NCBI GenBank assembly: GCA_008080745.1
Contig: SHMX01000001.1
Location: 450,001 to 482,000 of the forward strand
Source: Candidatus Thorarchaeota archaeon
GTDB lineage: Archaea > Asgardarchaeota > Thorarchaeia > Thorarchaeales > Thorarchaeaceae
DNA length: 32,000 nt
Direction of reading: 5' to 3'
Positions 9,303 to 18,681 of this stretch are shown here, one piece after another (positions within the stretch are counted from its first letter, which is position 1; each line of letters opens with the position of its first letter). A program made the translations under genes and the position numbers. Under the pieces are notes generated by a model. The model saw nothing but the letters and a program-made list of their open reading frames with translations. It was not told the origin of the DNA and made no database searches.

Positions 9303-11058
9303 GCTTTACTTTTTTCTTAGAAGATTTCCCCTTGTACCTATCCATATCCCGTTCAAAAACGTCGTCAAAGAGGGGGATTTTGACTGGAAGAGGTAACTCA
9401 CGATAAGAGGCAGTAAGAAGAGCCTCACCTCGTGACATAACACGAAATTCGTTTTCAAAACCAGTGATATTAACACTTGCGTTCTCGATACAAGCTTTGA
9501 TTTCTCGTTCATTTCCCAATCGCAGATTTATCTCTGTATTCATCTGGCTCAAAATAACATTATCCAAAACGCTGACCTGTTGACTAACTACAAGGAGCCC
9601 AATATTGAATTTACGTCCTTGACGAGAGATATCTTTGAATACAGATTGGCCACGCATAAGTCGTGGATTGAGAATGGATGGAGCCTCTTCTACCGTGATT
9701 TGGATAACTGGCAAATAACGAGGGTCTCGAACGGGACTGTCATCTGCAACTCCACCCACACCATAGAAAGATCTGGCGCTCTTCTTAATTGACGAAAAGA
9801 AGCTATTGGGAAGTCTGCTCTGTGCCTGTCTTTCGAAATCACTTAGATTTCCACTACTTTTAAGTGCTCTTCGAAGGTCGGATAGGGTACGAGTGACGAT
9901 AGTAGTAAGGAGAAATTGTTCCATATCGCTCATGAGACTGGTATTAACAACCAGAACGCGACCAGACTCCATTGCACGATAGATATCACCTAAAACCGAT
10001 TGGCCACTTTTTATGAAAATAGGTGAGCGTTCAACAAATTTTAGACGTCTTTTAACCGCTCGAAGAGTTCCTTTCGTTGTGCCAATATCATCTTCTTCCT
10101 CATTCATGGTGATGATTGTATCTATCCAGTTCTCATGATGAATAGAATAGACCTGTTCAATGAAGGCGTACATCTCCGATGAGAACTCCATAATTGAATA
10201 GAGATCACGTGGCTGAATCTCATTCCAGAGTATTCTGATATCACGTCCATATCGACGAATTTCCTTTTGTGTTGCTGATAGATGCGTAGTGAGATAGTAG
10301 AAATCACCGATGAGAGAGCTGCGCGTGTTTTGGTCCATACTCTCGATGATATTCTGAATACCATAGTTATCAACACCTTTTGCAAATTCATCGTGAGGAT
10401 CGATACAGAAAGCAGATATTTTTGGGAGGTCTTCTTGGGGATTTGTCACGGCTTCTAGATTAGTGTCAATAAGGGATTTGATTAGGACCATCATCAGGTT
10501 ACTCTTACCAGCTCCGGTTGAACCAAAGATTCCAACATGCATGGCAAGATATTTACTCGGCATCATTATTGGGACATCTAGAGTCCCTTCACCAATCTGA
10601 AGGTCGCCGACATATACTTCTCCATCGGTTTGGCTTCCTAACATCTCTTGCACTACTTCATCAGATGTACCAGCAATCGGACGGTATACGTGAGCTAAGT
10701 GATCAGGCAATCTGCGAGGAGAACGGAATTTCCATTCATCTTTGATTTTTTCAGCATATCCAAGCATCTTGCCATCTACAGAAAGTAACATATTACGTTC
10801 TATACCTGAAAGATAAGCATCACCCTCAACCATCAGCGTGCCTGCAACTCGAGCCATATCATCTACCTGACGAAGATAGTTCTCAAGGCCAAGTACTCGG
10901 AAAAAGAAGACTCGTTCATGACCATCACGTTGGGAGTAAATCATGAATATTTCTCCAACACTCACATCTCTGTTATTTCCCATGATTCCAAGCATGGTCT
11001 GATTTCCAACGCCAACGCGTCCATATAGTTCTCCAAGGGTGTCTTTATCAATTCGCAT
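9292..11058 (-). CDS. herA: HerA/FtsK-family ATPase (bipolar helicase/translocase)
   Basis: HAS-barrel-like N-terminus, Walker A GSTGAGKS, Walker B ITVEEAP, RQGRKFNIGLLVVSQQ. Start placed at ATG 11058 downstream of a GGAGG RBS (track ORF begins at 11076). Confidence 0.93.
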   Translation of the reverse strand: MRIDKDTLGELYGRVGVGNQTMLGIMGNNRDVSVGEIFMIYSQRDGHERVFFFRVLGLENYLRQVDDMARVAGTLMVEGDAYLSGIERNMLLSVDGKMLGYAEKIKDEWKFRSPRRLPDHLAHVYRPIAGTSDEVVQEMLGSQTDGEVYVGDLQIGEGTLDVPIMMPSKYLAMHVGIFGSTGAGKSNLMMVLIKSLIDTNLEAVTNPQEDLPKISAFCIDPHDEFAKGVDNYGIQNIIESMDQNTRSSLIGDFYYLTTHLSATQKEIRRYGRDIRILWNEIQPRDLYSIMEFSSEMYAFIEQVYSIHHENWIDTIITMNEEEDDIGTTKGTLRAVKRRLKFVERSPIFIKSGQSVLGDIYRAMESGRVLVVNTSLMSDMEQFLLTTIVTRTLSDLRRALKSSGNLSDFERQAQSRLPNSFFSSIKKSARSFYGVGGVADDSPVRDPRYLPVIQITVEEAPSILNPRLMRGQSVFKDISRQGRKFNIGLLVVSQQVSVLDNVILSQMNTEINLRLGNEREIKACIENASVNITGFENEFRVMSRGEALLTASYRELPLPVKIPLFDDVFERDMDRYKGKSSKKKVKHEL

Positions 11059-11072
11059 GTGAATTCCTCCAA

Positions 11073-12431
11073 TCATAGATTGTAATCTGCACGATATGGT
11101 TCTGTTTTAACCGAGTCCAACTTCATTTCAATCCGAACATCTCTACATATCTCTCGAGCAAGTCTCAGATCCTCATAACTAAGTTTACATTGTTCATGTG
11201 CTAATGCCAGCGCTACAGGATATCCGTACCAACGAGCGTCTCGGGACATAAATTCCAGTTCGCGAAATAGTGCCTTCTCGTTATTTCGAGTTGCTACTGG
11301 GTCATCCTTAACAAATATAGTTTCTAGCCACCATATCCTATCGAAATCAATTCTAGAGGGACGATTATCACGAGAGAAGCTGAAAAGGTACGGCACTGCA
11401 AGTCTGGGGGGGATATAGGTGCGATCTTCGTAGATGTGTAGACCACCACCAGGATCACTGCTACACGGGAGATGACAGAACCATTTTGCTCCTTCGCCAA
11501 AAACATCACGCGCCATTTTGGCAATCTTATGTGCGAAGGGGATTGTATGATTCTTACTTACCGCACAGAGTATGACATTCTCTTTTCTAGCTAATGATGC
11601 AAGCTCTCTGAGCATGAATCCACTGGGCATTGATGGATACTTGAATACGTGATGCATGAACACCGACATTGCCCCATCAAGCATCACATATTTCGGCATG
11701 AATTTGCTAGTAAGAATGTTATGAGCGGCTGCGTATTCTGATACCTTTCGGATTTCCTCATGAACAATGGGATTTGTTAATATTCGCTCACGAGATATCA
11801 GCGAGGATATATCTTTGAGGCTGGGTACTCGTCGTTCATATTCAGTCCCAGTAAAATCCGAGTAAGCAGAAATGGACCCACCACTATGATCTTTGAAAAA
11901 GGGTAGGACCAGATTAGCTATATCCTTGACGGGATATACCTCTGCCAGTGTTTCAGCCAATTTTTTGGATGCATCATATCGAACACCAGAATGCCAATGT
12001 GTTTCCAGATGAGGCTGTTCTCCCAGCTCCTCCTCAATAAGTTCAGTCCGTATCGGTTCGAAGACTTGTTCAGCCTGTGTATTGGTGTTGACCAATATAG
12101 ATGCGGTGCTAAAGAGATGAACACGTACATCATCCAATAGCATGAGATTATCAGTTCCTGAGCCATCTATAGCTGCAACCAAGAAATCCTCATCTAGGAG
12201 GACATCAGGAGGATAAGGATCTACGGTTGACAGAAGTTGGGTCTTAATCCGTTGCTCATCTTTTGCAAACTCTTCCTCATCTCTTCGGTCCTGTTGGTTC
12301 TGAATATCTGTAAAGAGTAACTTGAGCTTCTTTCGAAACTGATCTGTGAGAATTTTTTCGAGCATGGTACCCCTCTCTGAGACAGAACTGATTATTCGTG
12401 GTTCATTCTCAATGATTGTGTATTGCTCCAA
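11073..12431 (-). CDS. nurA: NurA-family 5'-3' nuclease
   Basis: AAIDGSG, VMLDGA, VSKNH and C-terminal GYPVALALAHEQCKL motifs; TTG start; immediately upstream of herA. Confidence 0.88.
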   Translation of the reverse strand: MEQYTIIENEPRIISSVSERGTMLEKILTDQFRKKLKLLFTDIQNQQDRRDEEEFAKDEQRIKTQLLSTVDPYPPDVLLDEDFLVAAIDGSGTDNLMLLDDVRVHLFSTASILVNTNTQAEQVFEPIRTELIEEELGEQPHLETHWHSGVRYDASKKLAETLAEVYPVKDIANLVLPFFKDHSGGSISAYSDFTGTEYERRVPSLKDISSLISRERILTNPIVHEEIRKVSEYAAAHNILTSKFMPKYVMLDGAMSVFMHHVFKYPSMPSGFMLRELASLARKENVILCAVSKNHTIPFAHKIAKMARDVFGEGAKWFCHLPCSSDPGGGLHIYEDRTYIPPRLAVPYLFSFSRDNRPSRIDFDRIWWLETIFVKDDPVATRNNEKALFRELEFMSRDARWYGYPVALALAHEQCKLSYEDLRLAREICRDVRIEMKLDSVKTEPYRADYNL

Positions 12432-12609
12432 TCATAAAAACATAACACTCGGAATGACAGAGCAGGAAAATCTAGCGCCTTTTATTAAGATAAGTTAGAT
12501 TTAGGAGTTAGTTTGCAATTTCCTTTTAAGGAACGAAACTAACGGTTTTTCAACAGCAAGTATTCCGGCTCGTTGGTGACCGCATGCGAGAAGGAGAAGT
12601 GGTTGAAAT

Positions 12610-13314
12610 TTGCTAAAGATAAAATTCTTGGGACATACAGCATTCGTGTTTGAAACAGAAAAGACATCACTGTTAGTTAATCCTGTCTTCGTTAATGATG
12701 AGCCAGTGGTTCCTGATGATTTAGACGTAAGGTTAATTGCAGTCACAAATCACTTGGATGAAACCATAGGAAATGCTGTAAGCATCTCGAATTTGGCAAA
12801 ATCCTGGATACTGGGAAATACTAAGACCATTGAGAGGATTAAAGCTAAAGGGGGTAAGCCGTGGCTTCTTCATCCTTTAGAGTATGAGGTGCCTTATGAA
12901 ATTCCTGGGTTGAAACTCACTCCTTTTCAACTTCATCGAACGATTACAAATGATGAAGGTGAAACCGAGCGTGTTGATAATATGGGACTATTCATAGAAA
13001 TGGGGCAAATGAGAGTTAGTTATCTAGGCGATACACTTGTTAGAGGACCCTTTGGTTCAATTGAATCTGACGTATTAATTGCACCTGTTGGTGATCAGGG
13101 AGTATTTCCTGTTAAGGATGCAGTTAGTCTGTGTATTGACTTACAACCAAGAATTGGAATTCCAATGGGATGGTCAAGTCAAGAACAGATATCGAAATTT
13201 GATAAATACATTGACCAATTCGGCCAGGGGACAGTTTCAATCCCTATAAAACCCGCTCAAGAGCTCGACCTATATTGGGCTGCTGGTAACGAATTCAGAT
13301 ACGAACTACATTGA
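12610..13314 (+). CDS. Metallo-beta-lactamase-fold protein (UPF0173/UlaG-like) with a degenerate metal site
   Basis: KIKFLGHTAF start, YLGDT, DVLIAPVG and IPMGW follow the UPF0173 pattern, but THxHxDH is replaced by TNHLDET. Confidence 0.8.
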   Translation: MLKIKFLGHTAFVFETEKTSLLVNPVFVNDEPVVPDDLDVRLIAVTNHLDETIGNAVSISNLAKSWILGNTKTIERIKAKGGKPWLLHPLEYEVPYEIPGLKLTPFQLHRTITNDEGETERVDNMGLFIEMGQMRVSYLGDTLVRGPFGSIESDVLIAPVGDQGVFPVKDAVSLCIDLQPRIGIPMGWSSQEQISKFDKYIDQFGQGTVSIPIKPAQELDLYWAAGNEFRYELH

Positions 13315-13388
13315 TATTCAAAGATGTATACCACTTCTTAGAAATCAGACAGATCCTTACAGCCGGACTTGTTTATGGGTGATCAAAA

Positions 13389-15179
13389 TTGAGTGAAGAT
13401 AATGAACACAAAACTGTCGTCATCGACCTTGAGGAAACCGAAACTAGCAGAATCGGTGAACTCAGCGATTTAGAGGCCAGTGAAGCCTCAGGTGTACTGA
13501 GTGTGAACAATGTATCAGAGTCAAACAGAATCTGGAATGTTAGAGTGCTTTTAAACGATAGTCGCGCTAAAACCAGTTATTCCGAGGACATATTGCAAGC
13601 TGGTGAGATCGATACTGGTGGAAAATGGGAGAGTCAATACACCATTACAATTGATAAACCAATTCTCACCTTGACCGAAGTCTATGACACTTGTAAAACT
13701 GTAGATACTGAAGCACCCCATTGGGCATATGTCCATGGGAAAGATAATCCTGTGAAAATCACCATTGTTGTGAAAAACGAAACCGATGGTCAAATGGATA
13801 ATATCATTCTAAACAAAACAATTCCAATGGAACTGACAGATATCAAAATCGAGAGTACAAAATCGGGAGTTGCAGAATATGATGAGGGAACTCGACAGAT
13901 TGTCTGGAAGGATTTCATCATCTATCCAAATGAAGACTCACAGATTATTATCACAGGAACTGGGAATGTTGATGACGTTGATCCCAAGAGTGCAGGGGAG
14001 ATAGTAGTTACATACAGAGCTGAAGGACAACAAAGATCAGGTCTAAAGCCAGATATGACCGCCCTAACCGAATTTCTTTCGGGAATCGACACTGCTGAAA
14101 CACAACCTAATCAGTGGGAGGTCACGCTTGAATGTGGAAATGAGAGTGACTTGATGGTTAGATTGGATGAAGCTGCAGTCATTCTAACACCTGAAGATGG
14201 GGGAGAAGAGCGTAGAATGATTGACGAAAAACCCGAGGCAAAATTAGCCCCGGGAGAAGAGTGGAGTTCATCATTTCAAGTTGAGAGTAAATCACCACCA
14301 CAATGCACTCCAGAGGTGACATACACACCTATGCGAGTAATCACAAAGAGAGTTCTTGGAACAGTTGAAAAAGTTCCACAGACCATGCCTGTGTATAAAA
14401 TAGACTATAGCAAAACCTTTGATCCCCCAGAGGTCAACAGCTTCGATAAGACTCCAGTTGAAGTTGAGATTGAGGTAAAGAATGCAGGTACGGCCAGATT
14501 AAATGAAGTCACAATAATTGACAATTTGCCAGATGATGTAATGCCCCCAAAGGCTGAGCATGTATCAATCTGGATACGTGGAGAAGAATATACAGGAGAA
14601 TATGAACTGGTTATAGACCCTGAAGATCAGAATCCAGAGGTACCACATCAAATAACGATACACATCAAAGGGCTGAAAGATTCTGTTGGAGAAGTCCAAC
14701 CAGGCGAAACTGTGAAAGTCAACTATGCGATTATGGCATGGAGAAACAGACCAGAGAAAGAATATCCATCGCCAACACACTGTAAGGCAAACATATTCCC
14801 GCCAGGTCTTGAAGCAGAGATTGCTAGTCCGGAAGATGGTCATAAGCTCGGTATTGTCTACAAGAAGAGAAGAATCTCCGTCAAGAAGGCAATAAACAAA
14901 GGAGCAAATCCTGGAGAATACACCGTTGTACTCATCGTTGAAAACAAAGGTGAGGTTACAGTTGAAAATGTCGAAGTCGCTGATTGGATTCCTATGGGAT
15001 TCGAATTCGTTTCCGTTGATCCAGCAGAAGAAGCACCTGAACTAAGTAATGTTGCTGATGGTACAAATATGACTTGGAAATGGACCAGAATGAATCCAGG
15101 TGACAAGACCAAGCTACGAGTTAACGTTCAGGGCGAAGGCGAATACGAACGTCGGGAGCCCAATGTGACATCAGACTAA
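13389..15179 (+). CDS. Acidic all-beta protein: mu-homology-domain-like N-terminal half plus DUF11-like Ig repeats
   Basis: TTG start preceded by a GGGTGAT RBS. Repeated V.I.V.N.G...L.NV.I.D.LP beta-sandwich motifs. N-terminus VVIDLEE-x18-SG..LND resembles adaptor mu subunits. No signal peptide or transmembrane helix. Confidence 0.6.
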   Translation: MSEDNEHKTVVIDLEETETSRIGELSDLEASEASGVLSVNNVSESNRIWNVRVLLNDSRAKTSYSEDILQAGEIDTGGKWESQYTITIDKPILTLTEVYDTCKTVDTEAPHWAYVHGKDNPVKITIVVKNETDGQMDNIILNKTIPMELTDIKIESTKSGVAEYDEGTRQIVWKDFIIYPNEDSQIIITGTGNVDDVDPKSAGEIVVTYRAEGQQRSGLKPDMTALTEFLSGIDTAETQPNQWEVTLECGNESDLMVRLDEAAVILTPEDGGEERRMIDEKPEAKLAPGEEWSSSFQVESKSPPQCTPEVTYTPMRVITKRVLGTVEKVPQTMPVYKIDYSKTFDPPEVNSFDKTPVEVEIEVKNAGTARLNEVTIIDNLPDDVMPPKAEHVSIWIRGEEYTGEYELVIDPEDQNPEVPHQITIHIKGLKDSVGEVQPGETVKVNYAIMAWRNRPEKEYPSPTHCKANIFPPGLEAEIASPEDGHKLGIVYKKRRISVKKAINKGANPGEYTVVLIVENKGEVTVENVEVADWIPMGFEFVSVDPAEEAPELSNVADGTNMTWKWTRMNPGDKTKLRVNVQGEGEYERREPNVTSD

Positions 15180-15198
15180 TCATATTAGATCGCCCATG

Positions 15199-15229
15199 AG
15201 AATTGAGGGGTGAAACACCCCACAATTCT
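15199..15229. terminator. Hairpin between convergent genes, possible bidirectional terminator
   Basis: AGAATTG-A-GGGGTG-AAA-CACCCC-A-CAATTCT inverted repeat within the 55-bp gap between two stop codons. Confidence 0.55.
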
Positions 15230-15234
15230 ACATT

Positions 15235-15585
15235 TTATTCAGAAATAGCTTCTTTTTCTAGAGCACTAATCTCTTCACGAGTTGCTTCAAGTTCCTTATC
15301 AATATCTTCCAGAGGGATGTAATCATCATCTTCCTCAAGATGGGTATCGAGGGTATACATTACTTGAAATCCAGCTAGTGTCTTATGCAGAGCATTAGCA
15401 GTTTCAAGTATGGCACTTCCCAAATCTGCTTCCTCCATCTCGCCATTTGTTTCATGCCGGTAGATGAAGTCATAAGCCCCTCGAATGGGGGTAAAACCAA
15501 GTTCGAGTAGCTTGTTAATTACTGCTGCAGGAGATGCACCTTCACTATTGAACCATACTGATACACGAGTTACATAATTTGGCAT
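15235..15585 (-). CDS. Small conserved-looking archaeal hypothetical protein with acidic C-terminal helix
   Basis: MPNYVTRVSVWFNSEGASP..V...L.ELGF.PIRGAYDF.Y; GAGGT RBS upstream of ATG 15585. Confidence 0.65.
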   Translation of the reverse strand: MPNYVTRVSVWFNSEGASPAAVINKLLELGFTPIRGAYDFIYRHETNGEMEEADLGSAILETANALHKTLAGFQVMYTLDTHLEEDDDYIPLEDIDKELEATREEISALEKEAISE

Positions 15586-15672
15586 GATTGTATACCTCAA
15601 ATCTTTAAGACAGATTGAATCCCATTTGTTTTCCTTTAAGCCTTTTCTGAGCAGCCATTTTTAGCCAAATCG

Positions 15673-16764
15673 CTACAAATGGCTAACTAAGGATATATCT
15701 TCGTGGGTCAAAACATGTTCCCACAGATTCCTGCAACCACAAGAAAGATCATCAAAGACATCTAAATCTTGGCTAAGAGAAAAACTTCGAATCGCCTGAA
15801 TAATTGACGAATCACATATTCCACAATTATGAGTACCACGAGATTTACCAGCAGCAACAGGGTCGCATAAGATAGGGATAGTGTGGTTTACCTCCTTGCG
15901 TGCTTGTTTCAGAATCTCCACAACCGTCCAGAGCCAAGGTGGTCGATAGTCACGAGACCTCCATAATCGTTCAACAAGAGTATAAGATTGAACATTGACT
16001 GGATTGATAGAGGCAGTGGTGATACCCATCTCAGCTGCTTTGATGATGGTCGAAACAGAATCTAAAAGAGCATCTCGCTCTGTAAGAAATGGAGGTTTTA
16101 CCAGCACATATGCACGAATCCCAATCCCATGAGTCTTACATATTTCGAGTGCTTCTTGAAATTTATCCAATGTGAAACCCTTATTGATACAAAGAGAGCG
16201 TACCTGGTCATTTGTGCTCTCCAACCCAATCCCAATCTCTATTTTTCTATCGCCTAGAATGGATTTGACCTCATGCATAAGAGAATCTGACACATATTCA
16301 GGTCGGGACTCCAGTACAACTTCTTCTATTCTCTCATCACGGCCGATTTTCTCAAGAATTGCTTTACGAGCAATTATTGACACCTCACGAGTATCAAGGA
16401 AACTACCACTAGTGTAAATCTTGACTGAATATGGAACTGGTTTCTCTTCCAGCTTTCCTAGTGCTACTTCAAATTGTTGAATCAATTGCTCATGGGTGGG
16501 ATGTTCCTCAGTACCATCCAGAAGATAACTGCACATGGTACAGCCTCCAGCTTCACTTATCGCATGTGAACAACCGACTGTAGCTAGAACTACAGAGAGG
16601 GCATAACCCTGCCGACCCTTGATCATTGCAGGAGCGATCCATTTTGCAGCAGGTACGCTAAGATTTCTTCGTTGTCGTCGTTTTATCGAGTCCTTTCTTG
16701 CCTTCTTGGCGAGATTAGTTATTGCATCCTGCAAAATGTCCAGAGTCAAATCCATAATTCTCAC
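15673..16764 (-). CDS. raSEA: Archaeosine biosynthesis radical SAM enzyme RaSEA
   Basis: TVGCSHAISEAGGCTMCSY (C-x9-C-x2-C), KIYTSGSFLD, ESRPEY, IGIGLES, YVLVKPPFLTE, YRPPWLW; overlaps arcS by 4 bp. Confidence 0.9.
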   Translation of the reverse strand: MRIMDLTLDILQDAITNLAKKARKDSIKRRQRRNLSVPAAKWIAPAMIKGRQGYALSVVLATVGCSHAISEAGGCTMCSYLLDGTEEHPTHEQLIQQFEVALGKLEEKPVPYSVKIYTSGSFLDTREVSIIARKAILEKIGRDERIEEVVLESRPEYVSDSLMHEVKSILGDRKIEIGIGLESTNDQVRSLCINKGFTLDKFQEALEICKTHGIGIRAYVLVKPPFLTERDALLDSVSTIIKAAEMGITTASINPVNVQSYTLVERLWRSRDYRPPWLWTVVEILKQARKEVNHTIPILCDPVAAGKSRGTHNCGICDSSIIQAIRSFSLSQDLDVFDDLSCGCRNLWEHVLTHEDISLVSHL

Positions 16765-18671
16765 TTCACCTTATGTCGAAAAGTAATAGCGTGCCCGTAG
16801 TCCAGTTCACACATTTCTCTACCGGACATCTCACTCCTTCCCACAGCTACAACATTGTCATCCCGGTTCAATACAATCACTTCGTCACCTGGACGGATAT
16901 TGGGATCTGCACTCTTAACACCAACAGCAAAGAGTGCTCCACCACGTACTTTTTCTCCCTCAAAACGAGCCCAATATCTTCCTAAGGGCTTTAGTAATTC
17001 TCCACCAAAAAGAGTGAGAGACAAGACACCATTCTCAGATACGAACGCACAGGTCTGTTCTTTTCCAATCTTGCTGACTACCATTCGATATAACTTACCC
17101 TTGATCTTAGATTCCTCAGGAATCAATAGTGACCCTGCACCAGTTCCAAATTGAAAATCAGCAGTAGCTCGAAGTGTGTCTTCAAGTTCAGTGGAGTGAC
17201 CTTTTTCCAGCGGTATACCTTCCTTCAACTCTGTAAGTTTTTCTGATAGACTCTGAAGAGAGGATCTACGAGTTGGAGAACCTACGATATTCGTGTAGAT
17301 AATATCCTGATCAATCTGGTCTTCTACTTGCTCGACTATAGCACGATAACCACCAGATGCATGAACAAGAACAGGAACAGAAACATCAAACTTTGAAAGA
17401 TGATCCACTAGTGCATTTGCTGCTATCTCTAATTCTTCCGCATCCCATTTACCAGTGACAGGAATGTCGTAGTTAGCAGCTGGATATGCCCTTTCAAGCT
17501 CACGGGGAACTAATGCAATGGGTGATGTAAGTATAGTTTCAGCAATTTCGTGTTTTGCAGACCCTAGAGCGGAATCAATAGCGTTACGAAACCGTTTATG
17601 AGACCTCGAATCAGAGTAGGGTTTTCTTGCTGAACAGGGTAAGAGAAGAATTGCTTTTTTCTGTGAGGGGGGAGTATAACGGATTCGAACATAGTCCCTG
17701 AATCTCTTGACTGTAGGAGACCAGTATGATTCTGGACCAATAAGTGGAATAACCCCTGAACCTATCGTTGGAGTAAATTCTTCGAGATAATCATAGAATG
17801 TAGAACTTATTCGCCTAGTAAATCCAGCGAGATTGGGGGTTGCGTGGGTCATGCTCTCAACTAACCAACGTAAAAGACCTCTATTAGACAACTCGATACA
17901 TTCGGACAAGAGGATACGATATTGTTCAGAATTATGCTTAAAGAGAACTTTGTACCGTTCAGACTCGGATAAATCACTTAGTGAAACACCATTACAAGCT
18001 GGACAAGAACAGTATCGTTCGTCATAATGCTCTCCAAATTCTTCTGTAGAGAGTTTCCATAGACGTAGATCTTTGGACGCAGCTTCCTCAGCCCGACTGA
18101 TGTCAATTAGATCAAATCCAAGATAGACTAACAATGGTAATAGAGATAGATCGACTCTGCCCAAAGCAAGGGTCAACCACGAGAGAGGAGTAGATATTCT
18201 CAAATCTACAGCGTTCAAATCATTTTGTCCTAAATAACCATCAAACTGAAATGCAACGGAACGAATTCCAAATGTTTTTGCTCTACTCAAGAATTCTAAA
18301 TATGTATCGTTGGTAAGGCCAAAACTTGTTCTTACAACTGCCCGTTCTTGGAAGCTTTCATCTTTTGAATCAAGTAAATCCAATTGATGATCAAGCAAAG
18401 TCCGATGTGCATCTCTACCAAAGAGTGATGAATTTGGAAGAGACGGAAGAATAAGTGGTTCAGGTCCATCGGGAAGTGAAATGTCATTAGTTAGAGATGG
18501 GAGAATCTTGAGAGATACGGCTTTGGAAGCCAAGTCTCTACCAACCACTTCAAAGGGTAATTTTGTGTTAGGACCAATTAGGAGAGGACAGACAAATCTA
18601 CTATCACCAACCTCAAGTTCTCCTTTGCGTATTGGGCCGTCATGTCCCTTATCAATCAGAAATCTAGTCAT
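16761..18671 (-). CDS. arcS: Archaeosine synthase subunit ArcS (TgtA2) with C-terminal PUA domain
   Basis: Degenerate TGT barrel with CSCPAC...HN zinc motif, LLPCSARKPYSDSRSH, TSPIALVPRELE..YPAA.YDIPVTG.W, PUA signature FAVGVKSADPNIRPGDEV. Confidence 0.92.
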   Translation of the reverse strand: MTRFLIDKGHDGPIRKGELEVGDSRFVCPLLIGPNTKLPFEVVGRDLASKAVSLKILPSLTNDISLPDGPEPLILPSLPNSSLFGRDAHRTLLDHQLDLLDSKDESFQERAVVRTSFGLTNDTYLEFLSRAKTFGIRSVAFQFDGYLGQNDLNAVDLRISTPLSWLTLALGRVDLSLLPLLVYLGFDLIDISRAEEAASKDLRLWKLSTEEFGEHYDERYCSCPACNGVSLSDLSESERYKVLFKHNSEQYRILLSECIELSNRGLLRWLVESMTHATPNLAGFTRRISSTFYDYLEEFTPTIGSGVIPLIGPESYWSPTVKRFRDYVRIRYTPPSQKKAILLLPCSARKPYSDSRSHKRFRNAIDSALGSAKHEIAETILTSPIALVPRELERAYPAANYDIPVTGKWDAEELEIAANALVDHLSKFDVSVPVLVHASGGYRAIVEQVEDQIDQDIIYTNIVGSPTRRSSLQSLSEKLTELKEGIPLEKGHSTELEDTLRATADFQFGTGAGSLLIPEESKIKGKLYRMVVSKIGKEQTCAFVSENGVLSLTLFGGELLKPLGRYWARFEGEKVRGGALFAVGVKSADPNIRPGDEVIVLNRDDNVVAVGRSEMSGREMCELDYGHAITFRHKVK

Positions 18672-18681
18672 GTTATCATCT

